Of a DNA stretch of 64,000 nt, positions 25,599-37,200 are shown in pieces. Both the position numbers and the translations under genes were made by a program. The stretch lies in assembly GCF_000143415.4 (NCBI RefSeq), contig NW_003314261.1:4380691-4444690 (forward strand), in the 5' to 3' direction. The notes beneath the pieces were generated by a model. It saw only the letters and a program-made list of their open reading frames with translations. It ran no database searches and was not told where the DNA came from. Position 1 is the stretch's first letter; each line of letters begins with the position of its first letter. The DNA comes from Selaginella moellendorffii. Its lineage: Eukaryota > Plantae > Lycopodiophyta.

Positions 25599-28500
25599 AT
25601 GGTAAGTCTTTTAGGCCAAGTAGAAAATGGCATGAGGCCACATGCCATTCAGTAGCAACATTGGCATGCACCGATTGGGCTCTCGAGTGCAGTCCGGTTA
25701 CAGATGGCGTGTAGCCTCACGCCATCTTAGGATGCAGCCTCAAGACATCTGATGCAGTGGTGAATGGCGTGTGGCCTCACGTTATTTCCAGCTACTAGCT
25801 TTTCATCTGTCAGCTCTAATTGTTGTGCATTTCTGAACAGGCGAGGAATTGCGTTCTTCTTCCAGCCACTGTCAATGTGGATGCAGAGAAGGGGGAGGAG
25901 CTCACCAGTTGGACTTTTGGGATGGAAGGCGAGGATCTGAGGCTGTACAACACAGATGGTGGGAGAAAAGAATGCATGGGGATCCTCATCCAAGTGACAG
26001 ACACTCCATGCAGTTCCATGCAAGAATATGGACTGGCACTTGTGGTAGAGACAGCGTCTGCCTTCAAGATCCACCTTGCACATCCTAGCGGCTTCCCGGA
26101 GGGGGGCAGCGGCTATGAGGAATTCCTAGAGGGAGCTAGGGAGAGGTTGTCCAGGAGGCCCACAATTTTAAAGACGCTGCGGGTCTATGAAGATCACATG
26201 GAATCCACGGACCTCACCTACGGCGATGTTCAAAAACTATATTCCAACATTGAGCCGTTGAGAGTGACTCCAGTTCGCGAAGCAAAGGGGAAGGGGGTCG
26301 ATCTGGAAACTACCTCGAAGCAGAAAAGGGTGGTCACGCTCAAGCCGACGTCCGACTCTCCTGCTCCAAAAAAGAAGCTACTCAGTGATGCCATTGCCTC
26401 GGGTTCGAACACTACACCCACCAAAAAGAAGAACCGCAAAGAGCAGAAAGAGCAAGAAGAGGCAGCAAAAATCGTCGCAGATAATAGTACTTGTTACTAT
26501 TCCAACAAAGTATATACAATCGACGTGAGCCGTATCGACATCCAAAGCAAATACAACCACAGGCTAGTATCTGATGAGTGGGTGGAGAAACTGAAGCAGA
26601 AGATGCTGGCAAGTCCAGTAACACCCGACATCGCAGACGTGATCCCCTACTACCAAACAATGAAGGGCGAGACGAGGTTTCCAGACTTGATCAATAGGAA
26701 GGTGTTGGACGATCAGAACATCCGGTTCTATGCCATCTCCGGGCAGCATTCTAGCTTGGCGATGCAAGAGATAGTTGTGGATATTATGGTGGGCGAGGAG
26801 GTGAAGAAAGTCTTCAAGACAAGAGTTGTCCGCCTGATAAAAGGCAACTCGCCCCTCCGATCTATCATATACATCTCCCACGCGCAGAATGTCAAGCAAG
26901 AAACGTGCTACAAATCGGGTCTGCACGAGACATTGGCACGAACACGGAAGCTCTGGGTTCAACTGAAGAAGCCACAAAAACCAGGACAAGGACGTGCATT
27001 AGCAACTAGCGCCTGGCAGGTAAGCCTCGTTGTATGTGGCATAGCATGTGGCCTCACGCCATTTCCATTGCAGGAATTCTCGAGTCTTCTCTCGAAAACA
27101 CTGGGGGTCAATGACACACTCAGCATCCATAACATTCTACTCGCGACAAAAGTTGTTTTTGACAAATGGGTAGATGTGCTGAGGAGGTACCATGACGGGG
27201 AGTTGCCAAACTCAATGGGTGTGGAGGACGGCCGGAAGCCCAATGATTTGAAGCTCAACGCCTTGCGTTTCTCGCGGTCTCTAGACGACGACGACCTTCT
27301 GACAGTGGCTAATGCTCTTCTACGTGGTGAGGTTGTCTTCAACAAGACCAAAATGACTCCCGGCCATATTGTGACATATGAGGACTTGTGCACGACTCTG
27401 AGAGCTCGTGCGCTATTGAAGGATTGGATCTTCGAGCAAGTGGCCGTGGAGAGGGTGAGCATCGACACCACGCAAGAGATGATGGAAGCGCTGGAGTTGT
27501 CAAATGAAGACATCGACGAGTACGTGAAGGGGGCCCCCAAGTTCATCGATCTGCTGCGGGATGCCACGAAAAGTAAAGCTGAGAAGTTGGATCAGTATCC
27601 AAATTTCATTAAGATTGATGTCGACCGCCGGCTTCAGAAACAGCTCGACCCCGCAGTAGAGGCCTATCGAGAACCTTACCGGGTATACTTGAATTCGGAT
27701 GAGGATAAAAGGTGGAGGAGCATCATTTCCCGCGGAGATGAGCAGGTCAAGAACATCTTTTGTGTGATGGACTTCACAAACGAGGAGATCACTCATGCAG
27801 ACGAAGTCAGCTCCATCATTGACTTAATGGTGGGACTTGGGGAGGTGGAATCTTCAGTCCACTATATGATCTACGACTCCGAATCCTATCACAAGTTCTG
27901 GAAGGCCTTGAACGAGGTGAAGGCTCGGTTGAAAGGCAAGGAGATGCGGGAGATCCATGGGATAATGGCTAAGAAGAAGATACCGACGAATGTCCGCATC
28001 TTCACACTCGCCCTTGTTATTGGTCCTGCAACAGAGTGGGACTGGAGTGACTTCCCAGCTTCATTCGACAAGGCCAATCGAATTGATCTGAGGGAGGTCA
28101 ATTTACCCGTGCCTGAGGAACTGAAGACGGCTATGGAGCTTTCGAATCCAAAGAAAGCTCCAGGTGCAGCATGGGAAATGCTCAGCTGGGTCTTCAATGC
28201 AATAGCGGGTGGGTCACCTGCTTCCGACTCCAAGGGCAAATGCGTTGTCGAGTACAACTGCGGCGGACTATTCTTTCGAGCCGCACTACTCAAGGGTGTC
28301 CCGTGTGTTGCAGTGACAAACTCCATTGAAGAGGTGACTTCAATGGAGCATATAATTACAGTTGCCAAAGAAAAACAGTATCTTCTCTACGAACCTGGTG
28401 AGTACGCACTTTAAGTTTAAATGTTATCTCACAAGCTCTGTATGCAGGAGCGTGGCCACCCCCAGATGCTGAAACGGCGTTAACAGCTACTGTTGAAGAT

Positions 28501-31221
28501 ACCCATGTTGGGCCGAGCTCACAACCTGCACAAGGTAAGGTCACGTGAGGCCTCACGCCATTTTGATTATAGATCGTTGTGAATATTCAGACACGAGGAC
28601 TGAAAAGCGCACTGGTGGCGCATCGAAGAAGGACAAACAGACAAGCAATAGGAAAAAAGGAGGTACAAATTATATTTGCAATGGCGTGTGGTCTCATGCC
28701 ATTCCTTGCAGGAGAAACTTCTTCAAAGGCAAAACAGGCAAGCACCAGCCAAGCTCAAACTGACAGTGGTCATAAAAAGCGAAAGCACGTTGGACAGTCG
28801 TCGAGATCAGAGGCGTTTGATTCGAAAAGGAAGAAGGGCAACGAAAAGATGATAGGTAATGCCTCGCGGTTATGGCGTGTGTGCTCATGCCATTCATTGC
28901 AGATCAAGGGCTGAGTGAAAGCAGGCAGTCACCACCTCATGACTCAGATTCCTATGGCAGACTCCCCTTCCCCAATCTCAATGGAGAGGTACAATAGATG
29001 AGGGATGCTTTTCAAGTCAGGGCCACGTTTTTCTCATCTCATCGTCTTCGAAGGGTGCAAGAACGTGCAGAAACCATGTTAAGACAGTCGGGTGAGGATA
29101 CGGTCCTAGGTCACGCACTAAAACAGGCTATGGATGTCTTGTATTTTGAGATGGAGACTCGGCCAGATGATTTTCCCAAGATGGTCCTAGAAGAACAAGC
29201 CATCCAGCCTGAGGAGCCTATGGAAGAAATGCAGGAGGGGGATGAGGAGCCAGAGAAAGATAATGAGCAGGAAGAGCAGAAGGACGAAGAGGAGGACAAA
29301 GAAGAGGAGGACGAAGAAGAGGAGGACGAAGAGGACTTGGATGGTCCTCACAATGGTGACGATCACAATAACGACGACGACGATGATGACGACGATGGCC
29401 AGCCTGAGGTGGCCAAAGAGCAGCGGAGGAAGGTCATACAAGACAAACCATCAGGTAAATAATAATACATCCATTCCTAACCTTTTACCATTTCTAACAT
29501 TGTCCATGTAGGTCGCAGAGCAAATGGTAAGTAGAGATTATTCAGTTGAATTTACAAACTCTAGCCTTTAGTGTCGAGGAAGGATAGTGCCAAGCAAGGG
29601 TCAAAACGTCTGTCCAATCCTTCAGAATCAGCAGTGCGCTCAAGTGATATCGGTCCTAGTTCCTCAATAGCAGTTGATGGTAAATACAGTATAGTCGATT
29701 CAATGTGCTAATGAGTTTGTTTTTAGTAGCACGGGAGGATACCATCTCAATCGAAGGGAGATATTTGGACATGTATATGGATCCGCCAGTGGACTCTACT
29801 TGGCTGCAAGAGTCATCAGAGCTGGTGGAGGCTACTATCCATATCAACGCCAAGCAAGCTGACCACGCTCCACTTGATGCTGCCCATACCACTGAGTCAA
29901 TCTTGTCCACGTATCCAACTGACGGTGACCAGGCGCCATTGGACCCACATGAGGCCGCCCCAGCCGCCGAGCCGGTCGTATCCTCATTTCCAACGGACTC
30001 AACGTGTGCCCAATCGTCTGACTACGCGCCGTTGGAACCTCCCTACACCGCCCCTGCTGCCTGTTCGGTCATGTCCACTTTGCCAACGGAGGCACCAGCT
30101 GAAATGGCGTGTGATCACACGCCATCGGAACCACCCCATGCCACTGTTGAGCCAGTTGTACCAGAGTCTACAGCTGAAATGGCATGTGCCCACACGCCAT
30201 CGGATGCGATTGACCCCACATTGCAGAGGAGAGTATTTCCGCCCTTCACGTTTCCTCGACCAAAACCCTCTCAACGACCATCGGGAGCAACATTCGCTAA
30301 TATTGTAGATGGTAAAATTGACTTGTACCATTTTTTATGCTGACGCATTTCATTTCAGAGTCACGGCGAAGGTACTGTATCGTTTTTGATCTGAACAGTG
30401 TCCTTTTCTCCCATGAGCGTGGCTCGTCCTCGAATGTCATTGCACCCTCCAAAGCCTGCGGTCGCAAGTTGGTCAAAAGAGACAGATTCACATTAATCAC
30501 ACGGGAGAAACTGCGGGATCTAATAATGACCATGCGACACTTAAAACAGAGGGCCGGGTTCAATTTGCAATTGGGAGTTTGGACATCCATGATGCGCCAC
30601 AATGCATTAACGTTGCTACAGATGATGCACGATCAGACGCGAGTAATATTACCATTTGACTTTCTCCTAACGCAGGAGGATTGCTTGACTATGGTCCATG
30701 TGAGGGGTAGCAAGCCCATCTTCGTCAAGCCAGAGGCTGTAGTGATGAACCAGACTACTAGCTCAAGTGAAATCCTCATCATCGATGACTCGCCGATTAA
30801 AACTGCAGCAAACACGCACACATATGCAGTGCACCCCATCTCTTGCAGTATGGAAACTAGGGAGAAGAAACCGTATGTTCTGGGGGACCTTGCAAAACGG
30901 CTTGGAGCGATGGTGATAGAGAACCGGCCAGTCCAGGAGGTGGCTGCAGAAATCAACCAAATGGCAGATGGAACGGTATATCAGAAGCCATTTGATCGGA
31001 CAGACACCAGTCATCATTTATGGCATGTATATTGTCTAGCCAAGCACTATCCGCATTTCCATAATCTGCTCAACCGGATGGGTTCTTCGACCACTGAACA
31101 TGAGCGTGGACGTATTAGAGAAGAGATGGCATTACTATTGGGTTTAAATCTTGATAGTGTGGAGAGTGATGAAATTCCAAGATTATTGTATAGGCGTTGG
31201 AGGCAAAAAATAACAGTCTGA
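25599..31221 (+). CDS. Transposon-borne multi-exon gene (~1,640 aa): ParB/Srx-like domain, helical region, degenerate beta-class DNA MTase-like fold, acidic/low-complexity linker, FCP1/SCP-like HAD domain; one premature TAG at 28995
   Basis: ATG|GTAAGT at 25599. GT-AG introns 25602-25840, 27020-27073, 28398-28447, 28535-28590, 28663-28711, 28856-28902, 29455-29511, 29527-~29571, 29680-29726 and 30312-30357 join the ORFs at 25820, 28998, 29705 and 30337 in frame. Motifs FYAISGQHS..A, ISHAQN, VVEYNCGG..RAALLKG, IVFDLNSVL, VWTS, IIDDSP.K. Domain names are by eye. Confidence 0.75.
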
Positions 31222-34200
31222 GATGGCATGTATTTATTTAAAAATGTAACTTATTATGGCATGGGGTTCCATGCCATTGTATTAATATTAAAAGACAATT
31301 CTTTGAGAGGATTTGCATTATACTAGAAGTGTTACAGCATGTTATTGGAAGTCTACGAAGTTGTTTTATTAATAATGGGAAAGTAAAGATTGAATGGGGA
31401 CTTGGGCTCCACCTAGACTCGGAGCAACTGAGCCAATATTAAAAGGATGGAAAGAAATTGGATGACGATGACAAGGAGAAGAGAGAGGTGAAGCAGTGGC
31501 AGGGGGAGGAGAAGTGATTGAGTAGACATTTCCTTGTTTAAAATAAAATGGCATGTGCCTCAATGCAGTTGAATTTTGTTATATTTATATACTATATAAA
31601 GGTTTGGAAACCTTATTTTACAAGTGGGATAATGACAATTCCCACTTTAACGAAATAGAGCTTGATGGCTTAACGTGAGGACATGGGTACTCCACCAGCT
31701 AGCATAGAATGGAACTTGGGCTTAGACCCAAGTTATATGCAAAATCGTAAGCAAGAACTAAACTATGCCTCAGGATGGTCAACCATGCCCAACCTACCCA
31801 CTATCCCTACTATATATTTGGAACCCCCCACCCCCACCCCTAGGAACACACGCTTTGGGCTTTCACCCCAAGAGTTAGTCTCTGGGACAAACTCGAAATT
31901 TACTAAATATGGAATGTCCTTAGATTATGAATTTGGATACAGAACAAACACTATTGTGTTTAGGACAATCTCTACATTTTGTAAATATGCTAAATGAACA
32001 AATTTGAACACTTTCCATAAATAGCATTTGGGACCGAATTGAGACTAACACAAAGGACATGATAGTGAGGGTGTTTGGCAAACACATTAAGCTATCATTT
32101 AGCAAATATTGAGGGACTAATCTCAATATTGTGGGGGTTTTTGATATTAGCAAGTGCAAGCCAATGACACAAATTTCTCAAATTAGGTCGAGTATGCTCA
32201 GCAAGAAATACATATAGTTCCTACCTTATGTTTATCCAATTTAAGTGCATGTTCATTGACTAGTTTCTCAACTAGCTCAAGTGGGAACTGATAACAGGTC
32301 TAGCAATACTAACCTCCTGCTGTCGTAGCAGTAAGGAAAGAATATCCAAAAATATTAGCCAACAAGTAACTTTTGATACCCAAAGTCACATTTGCGACAC
32401 TTTCCCCCCCTTAGGGAAGATCGATATCCTTATTGATGCATACTTCAGTCTAGACCATTGCCAAGGAAAAAACTCCAAAAAAAGTTCACGGTAATCACAC
32501 TATATGAGAAATGCACCAACTTAAATGAGTAGGGTAACCTCCTTATTTAACGTGGATGCGCTACTAACTCAGACACCTTCTAGCTGTCACCGACAAGGAA
32601 ATGACCAACAGAGTTAGCCACCCTTGCTGCTCTATGTGTCACTCAACTTACAAAAGTGTGATATGCCACTGCCTGCATGTGGCATAGAGAGAGAAGCCAA
32701 AGGCCTCAACCCTCATGAGCAAAGAAACCAAACCCGTCGGTAAGGTTTAAATAGACTACTGTAAACAGATAGTTAGAATTGTTTATATGGTCATACACTT
32801 TTTAACGGAATAAAGAACATTGGTAGAGAGGCAGGTGATGTGACCAGTCAACAGTAGCTACTTTATGACTAGAGATTTCACCATGCACACGAAGTGTCGA
32901 AGCTAGTCTACTTATATTGGCCAAAAATCAATAGATGGACAATATCAAAGTCATAGACAATGATATCTTAGAGTCTTAATTATCAGTGAATATATCTTAG
33001 ATTAGAATAAAAAAGTATTCCAAATAAGTTATCATTTAATAAACTAATATTATAGTATAGGAACCACCAAGATCATTATAATTAGTAAACATAGGAATCA
33101 CCATTCAATAAAAATTTAATAGCAAGGATATCATCAAGGAAACTCAATGATAAAATTTGACTACTGAAGATGGCAGATAATATGCCAAACAACTTACTAA
33201 AGATAGCTTAAAGAACACAAAGTATCATTGATTGGCAAACAAAATGCTCGCAAATATATTACTCTAAGAAAATAACATTCTAATCTATCAAAACTAACTC
33301 GAGCAATAATTAATATAACAAAATGAATGTGGTAAGACCAACAAATACTCATTCATGCCAACTATCGCATCAGCTAATTTGAATAGATCCTGGTCAATAA
33401 TATGAAGGACCTCAAGTTTCTTAAGTGTTAGCAACATCTTACTGATATCTCAAACCCAAGAGACCAATCCAAAGCAAACCACAAAGAACATGTGGTATTG
33501 CAAAAAGCCAAAAGTCATCAAAGAGAACAACTAAGTATTATAAAAGATCATTAATCATCCCATCAAAAAAAGATATGTAAAATCATTGTCAAAGAACAAA
33601 TTCACCATTCTGAAGAATAGCAAATCATTTTATATTAACAACAATCAAGCAAAACCTCTAATAAGGATAATCAATTATCTTAAATGATAGTCAACCATCA
33701 CAATGATTGCTAGATGCAAATATTAACTTCATCGAAGCTAATGAGTCAAAATACCTTCCCCTAACAATTTTTAACAAATGGAACAATGAGCATAAAAACT
33801 CAAAGAACCAAAAACTTAAAGAAGTTTATAGCCAAGTCTTGCTTAACAATGATCACAAGTGTTGCATGAATTAACTTCAATGCTAAAGAAGAAGTCATGG
33901 TACAGCCCACAATATCCTTCTCAACACATCCATAAGCTAAACTTCATAATGCCAAAGCTAATGAAGAGCATGTCTGCATTAATCTAAAAGCTAAGCATAA
34001 TGAAGCTATGCTCAACAAGTGATCATTAAACGATCCTCTATGAATCCATTTATAGCAAGATGCAACTCACTTCATAACAAGTATAAAAAGAATTATCAAT
34101 GATCAATATATTCTAACTTAAATTCAATAAGGATTCAAACATTCCAATATCAATCATTAATTCTTCCTCTCGTAAAGTTAGTATAGTCCACGATTGAATC

Positions 34201-37200
34201 ACTTTTCAAGGAAAAGTTTAGAACTCAACCTTGACTAAGCAATCTCGTTTAGAACACAATTAACTCAACTTACCACTCAACTCATTTGAACGTCAATATA
34301 GTTGCTAACTAGCAAATGCATAAATGCCAACAACACAAAGCCATAGCCAAATCATCAACACTATCTTCATTGAGACTAATGAAACTCAATATCAATATTA
34401 CAGAGAGACATCTCATCCTACTTAAATCTCAATATCAACAATGTCAACAACAAAGCATCACTTCAATACCACCAACACCATAACAAAGCTAATAGAAAGC
34501 AAAAGTGAATTACCACTCAAAACTCTTTAGCAACCAAGTTAACCAAAGTTGAAGATACTTTAATTAGTATCTGAGACCAATCAACAATACTCAACTACAG
34601 ATAACACATCATCAAAAAGTGATTCACCACGTCCAAGACTCAATGAAATCTAATACCATGAACTAAATGCAACCAAATGATATTGACAAAGGTCGAGTCA
34701 ATATGCTAACATGGAAAACCCATATAAGTCTAACAACATGATCCTCCACAACACCATCTAGTAAAACAAGCCCATCACTGCTAAATCATTATAGAGCAAA
34801 ACAAGTGTCAAATAATCCTCGATGAAGTCTACAAACAATCACTAGTTGTTAAACAACCAACAATCACTCTTTCAACTTATCTTTCAAAGACCCAAAAACT
34901 AAACTCATGCCATTGAGTTATATATTTGGCCAATATAAATGTAATGCCCTAAGTACAAGATAAAAGTTCATGGACAAGCATAAACTAAATGACCACTCAA
35001 ATCCAATTCAACCACGACAAAGTTCACCAATGCATTTAACCTCTAGTTTTGAGCATGCCTTGAAGAGGCTAACTATGTATGATTAACACTCAGTCGAAAC
35101 TAAAGTGAAAACCATAAGATGGACTTATATTGGTACACAACCTCCATTTAAACAAGTTATAATATGGGTATTAACATCTTAAACTCAAACAACTAAGTTG
35201 GACATCACCAACCTCAATCAAGGCACAAAGCCACCAAGACCAAGTCAAGATCAGTGAGAGGTCACTACTCTTATAGAGTTTAATGAAATGCAATGTGCAA
35301 CTTGCCACCAAGTATAATGCTAAAAGAATAGCACAAGAGTCATCTGTCTAGAAAAGAGCGCAATTGCCACTTTTCTTCACCAACTCTAGACTTTATCCAA
35401 CTTAATTGCCTTAGCCCCAAAAGTTAGCATCCCTTTTGGGTCGCATCACACAAACTATTGACTAAGGTCTACGCTAACCGAAGTTAACTCCAACCCTTTC
35501 ACTAGTTTGTACTGGCTTACGAAAACGAAATGGTTTTTGAGCAAAGTGACCAACATATCACGCATTAGAAAAGTCTAAAAAAATTTGTGGAAAATTTTCC
35601 ATCCTAGAGAAATAATGACTCTCAGTCTAGGAATATAAACTTTCAAGACTCAACCAACTTCCTTCTACCACCATCTACATATAGATTCACCTCAACACCA
35701 ATTCTCATGACATATAGTATGCTTAAGTCTCGAACATCATGCCCATATTTTTACATCCAACACCGACATCTGCAAAATGCAAAATAAATATTTAAGGCTT
35801 GATCACAAAGACTACATCTTTGGATATCCACATTGCACTAACACTCTTCTTCAATCACTTTCAAAATAAAATGTGAAGCCAAAACACTAACAAGGAAAAT
35901 GACATTAAAAAAATCAATATTTAAAGAAAATTCCTTATCACTTGAAATAACAAAGCCACTCTCACTAACACAAGTGCTAGCAATGTCAATACCTTAACTA
36001 CACATCTTCTCCATCTGACAATCTACTCCACGTGCTAATGGATAAACTAATAAGCCATAGTAAGTGAATGCTATAACCATTTTTAACACTTTATGAGCAA
36101 ACTCAAGGAACTAAAGAACCAACTTAAACTTAGCATAATGAACCACCATTGAGAATTCAGTCAAAGCTACTATAATGTTACTACATGCAAGTAGACTAAC
36201 TTCACCATCAACCACTTTGGGGTTAATCATCGTTTGACCAAGCAACTTTGTAAACACATTGTTTATTATCACATGGATATGATATGGAAATCACAATGAC
36301 TTGATCATCAATTGAGCAACACAATAAGTAATACACATGTCATTACTACAAAAGTTTATATGAGTATCAAGTGTCAACTCAACTTGACAAAATGTAACAT
36401 AAATGCCACACTCCACCAATAGAGATTTGCAACACCCAACACCACTAACTTTTGTTCACAACACGAACAAGATTATGCCACTCTCTTTCCAACCAAACTC
36501 AAAATTAATCCAACACTAAGCTATTCAAGGAGCAATAGCAAGGTTCCCCAGAAAAGAATTGAGCATTGCAACCCAAGTCTTCCAATAACAAGCCTAAACA
36601 AAATAGTATAGCACTTTATCACTATCCATCCCACAACTCACCATTTGTAAGACCATTATTTCCAATATGCACCAAAATAGGGACTCTTGATTGTATACCA
36701 TGAACACAAGCAATGAGTCACATCTTGTTGCAAATCATTTTTCCAAGAGGAAAAAATGATTTACATATTTGATCCTTCGTCCCCGATGACTTTCTTTTCG
36801 GTCTCATCTTTGACTAAACCTTAAGCTTGCTTTCGCATTGCCTTCAGTCTAATCTAAGAAAAGTTTATAAGAGAGCACGGCAATGACTACTTGAACCAAT
36901 AGATTAATCCTTATAGTCTTGATTCTCTTGTGTCGCAAATGTAACTTCGAGTATTGAAAGTTACCTGTCGGCTAGTCCTTGCGAATATTCTTTCCTTACT
37001 ACCACAATAACAGGAGGTCGGTATTGCTAGACCCATTATCAATTCCCACTTGAGCTAATTGAGAAACTGGTCAATGAACATGCACTTAAATTGGATAAAC
37101 ATAAGGTGGGAACCTTATGTATTTCTTGCTGAGCATACTCAGCTTGGTTTGAGAAACTTGTGTCATTGGCTTGCACTTGCTAGCCGCAATATTGAGATTG

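Larger units (their letters stand above)
18770..31569. repeat. Dispersed 22-bp palindrome family ATGGCRTG-N6(usually WGGCCW)-CAYGCCAT, ~25 copies
   Basis: Copies start at 18770, 18823, 20165, 20222, 22059, 22129, 22165, 22335 (perfect), 22433, 23044, 23119, 24007, 24081, 24833, 24911, 25627, 25704, 25764, 27041, 28540, 28681, 28872, 30104, 30179, 31256 and 31548; some are degenerate. Confidence 0.93.
18228..31663. mobile_element. 13.4-kb TIR DNA transposon, Sola(3)-like, with two divergent genes
   Basis: Perfect 24-bp TIRs AAGCTCTATTTCGTTAAAGTGGGA (18228-18251) and their reverse complement (31640-31663). 4-bp TSD GGTG/GATG. The empty site is visible in the uninterrupted LTR copy (cataccGGTGgcctaacg, ~14936-14953). 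Confidence 0.92.

Noticed and set aside
18945-30956. Long antisense ORFs (e.g. 19295-20173 +, 26959-27567 -, 27889-28368 -)
   Set aside because: Shadows of real coding sequence on the other strand, with no recognisable motifs.
18770-31569. 22-bp palindromes read as a CRISPR array
   Set aside because: Spacing is irregular (tens of bp to kb), copies lie in introns and exons, there are no cas genes and the context is eukaryotic.
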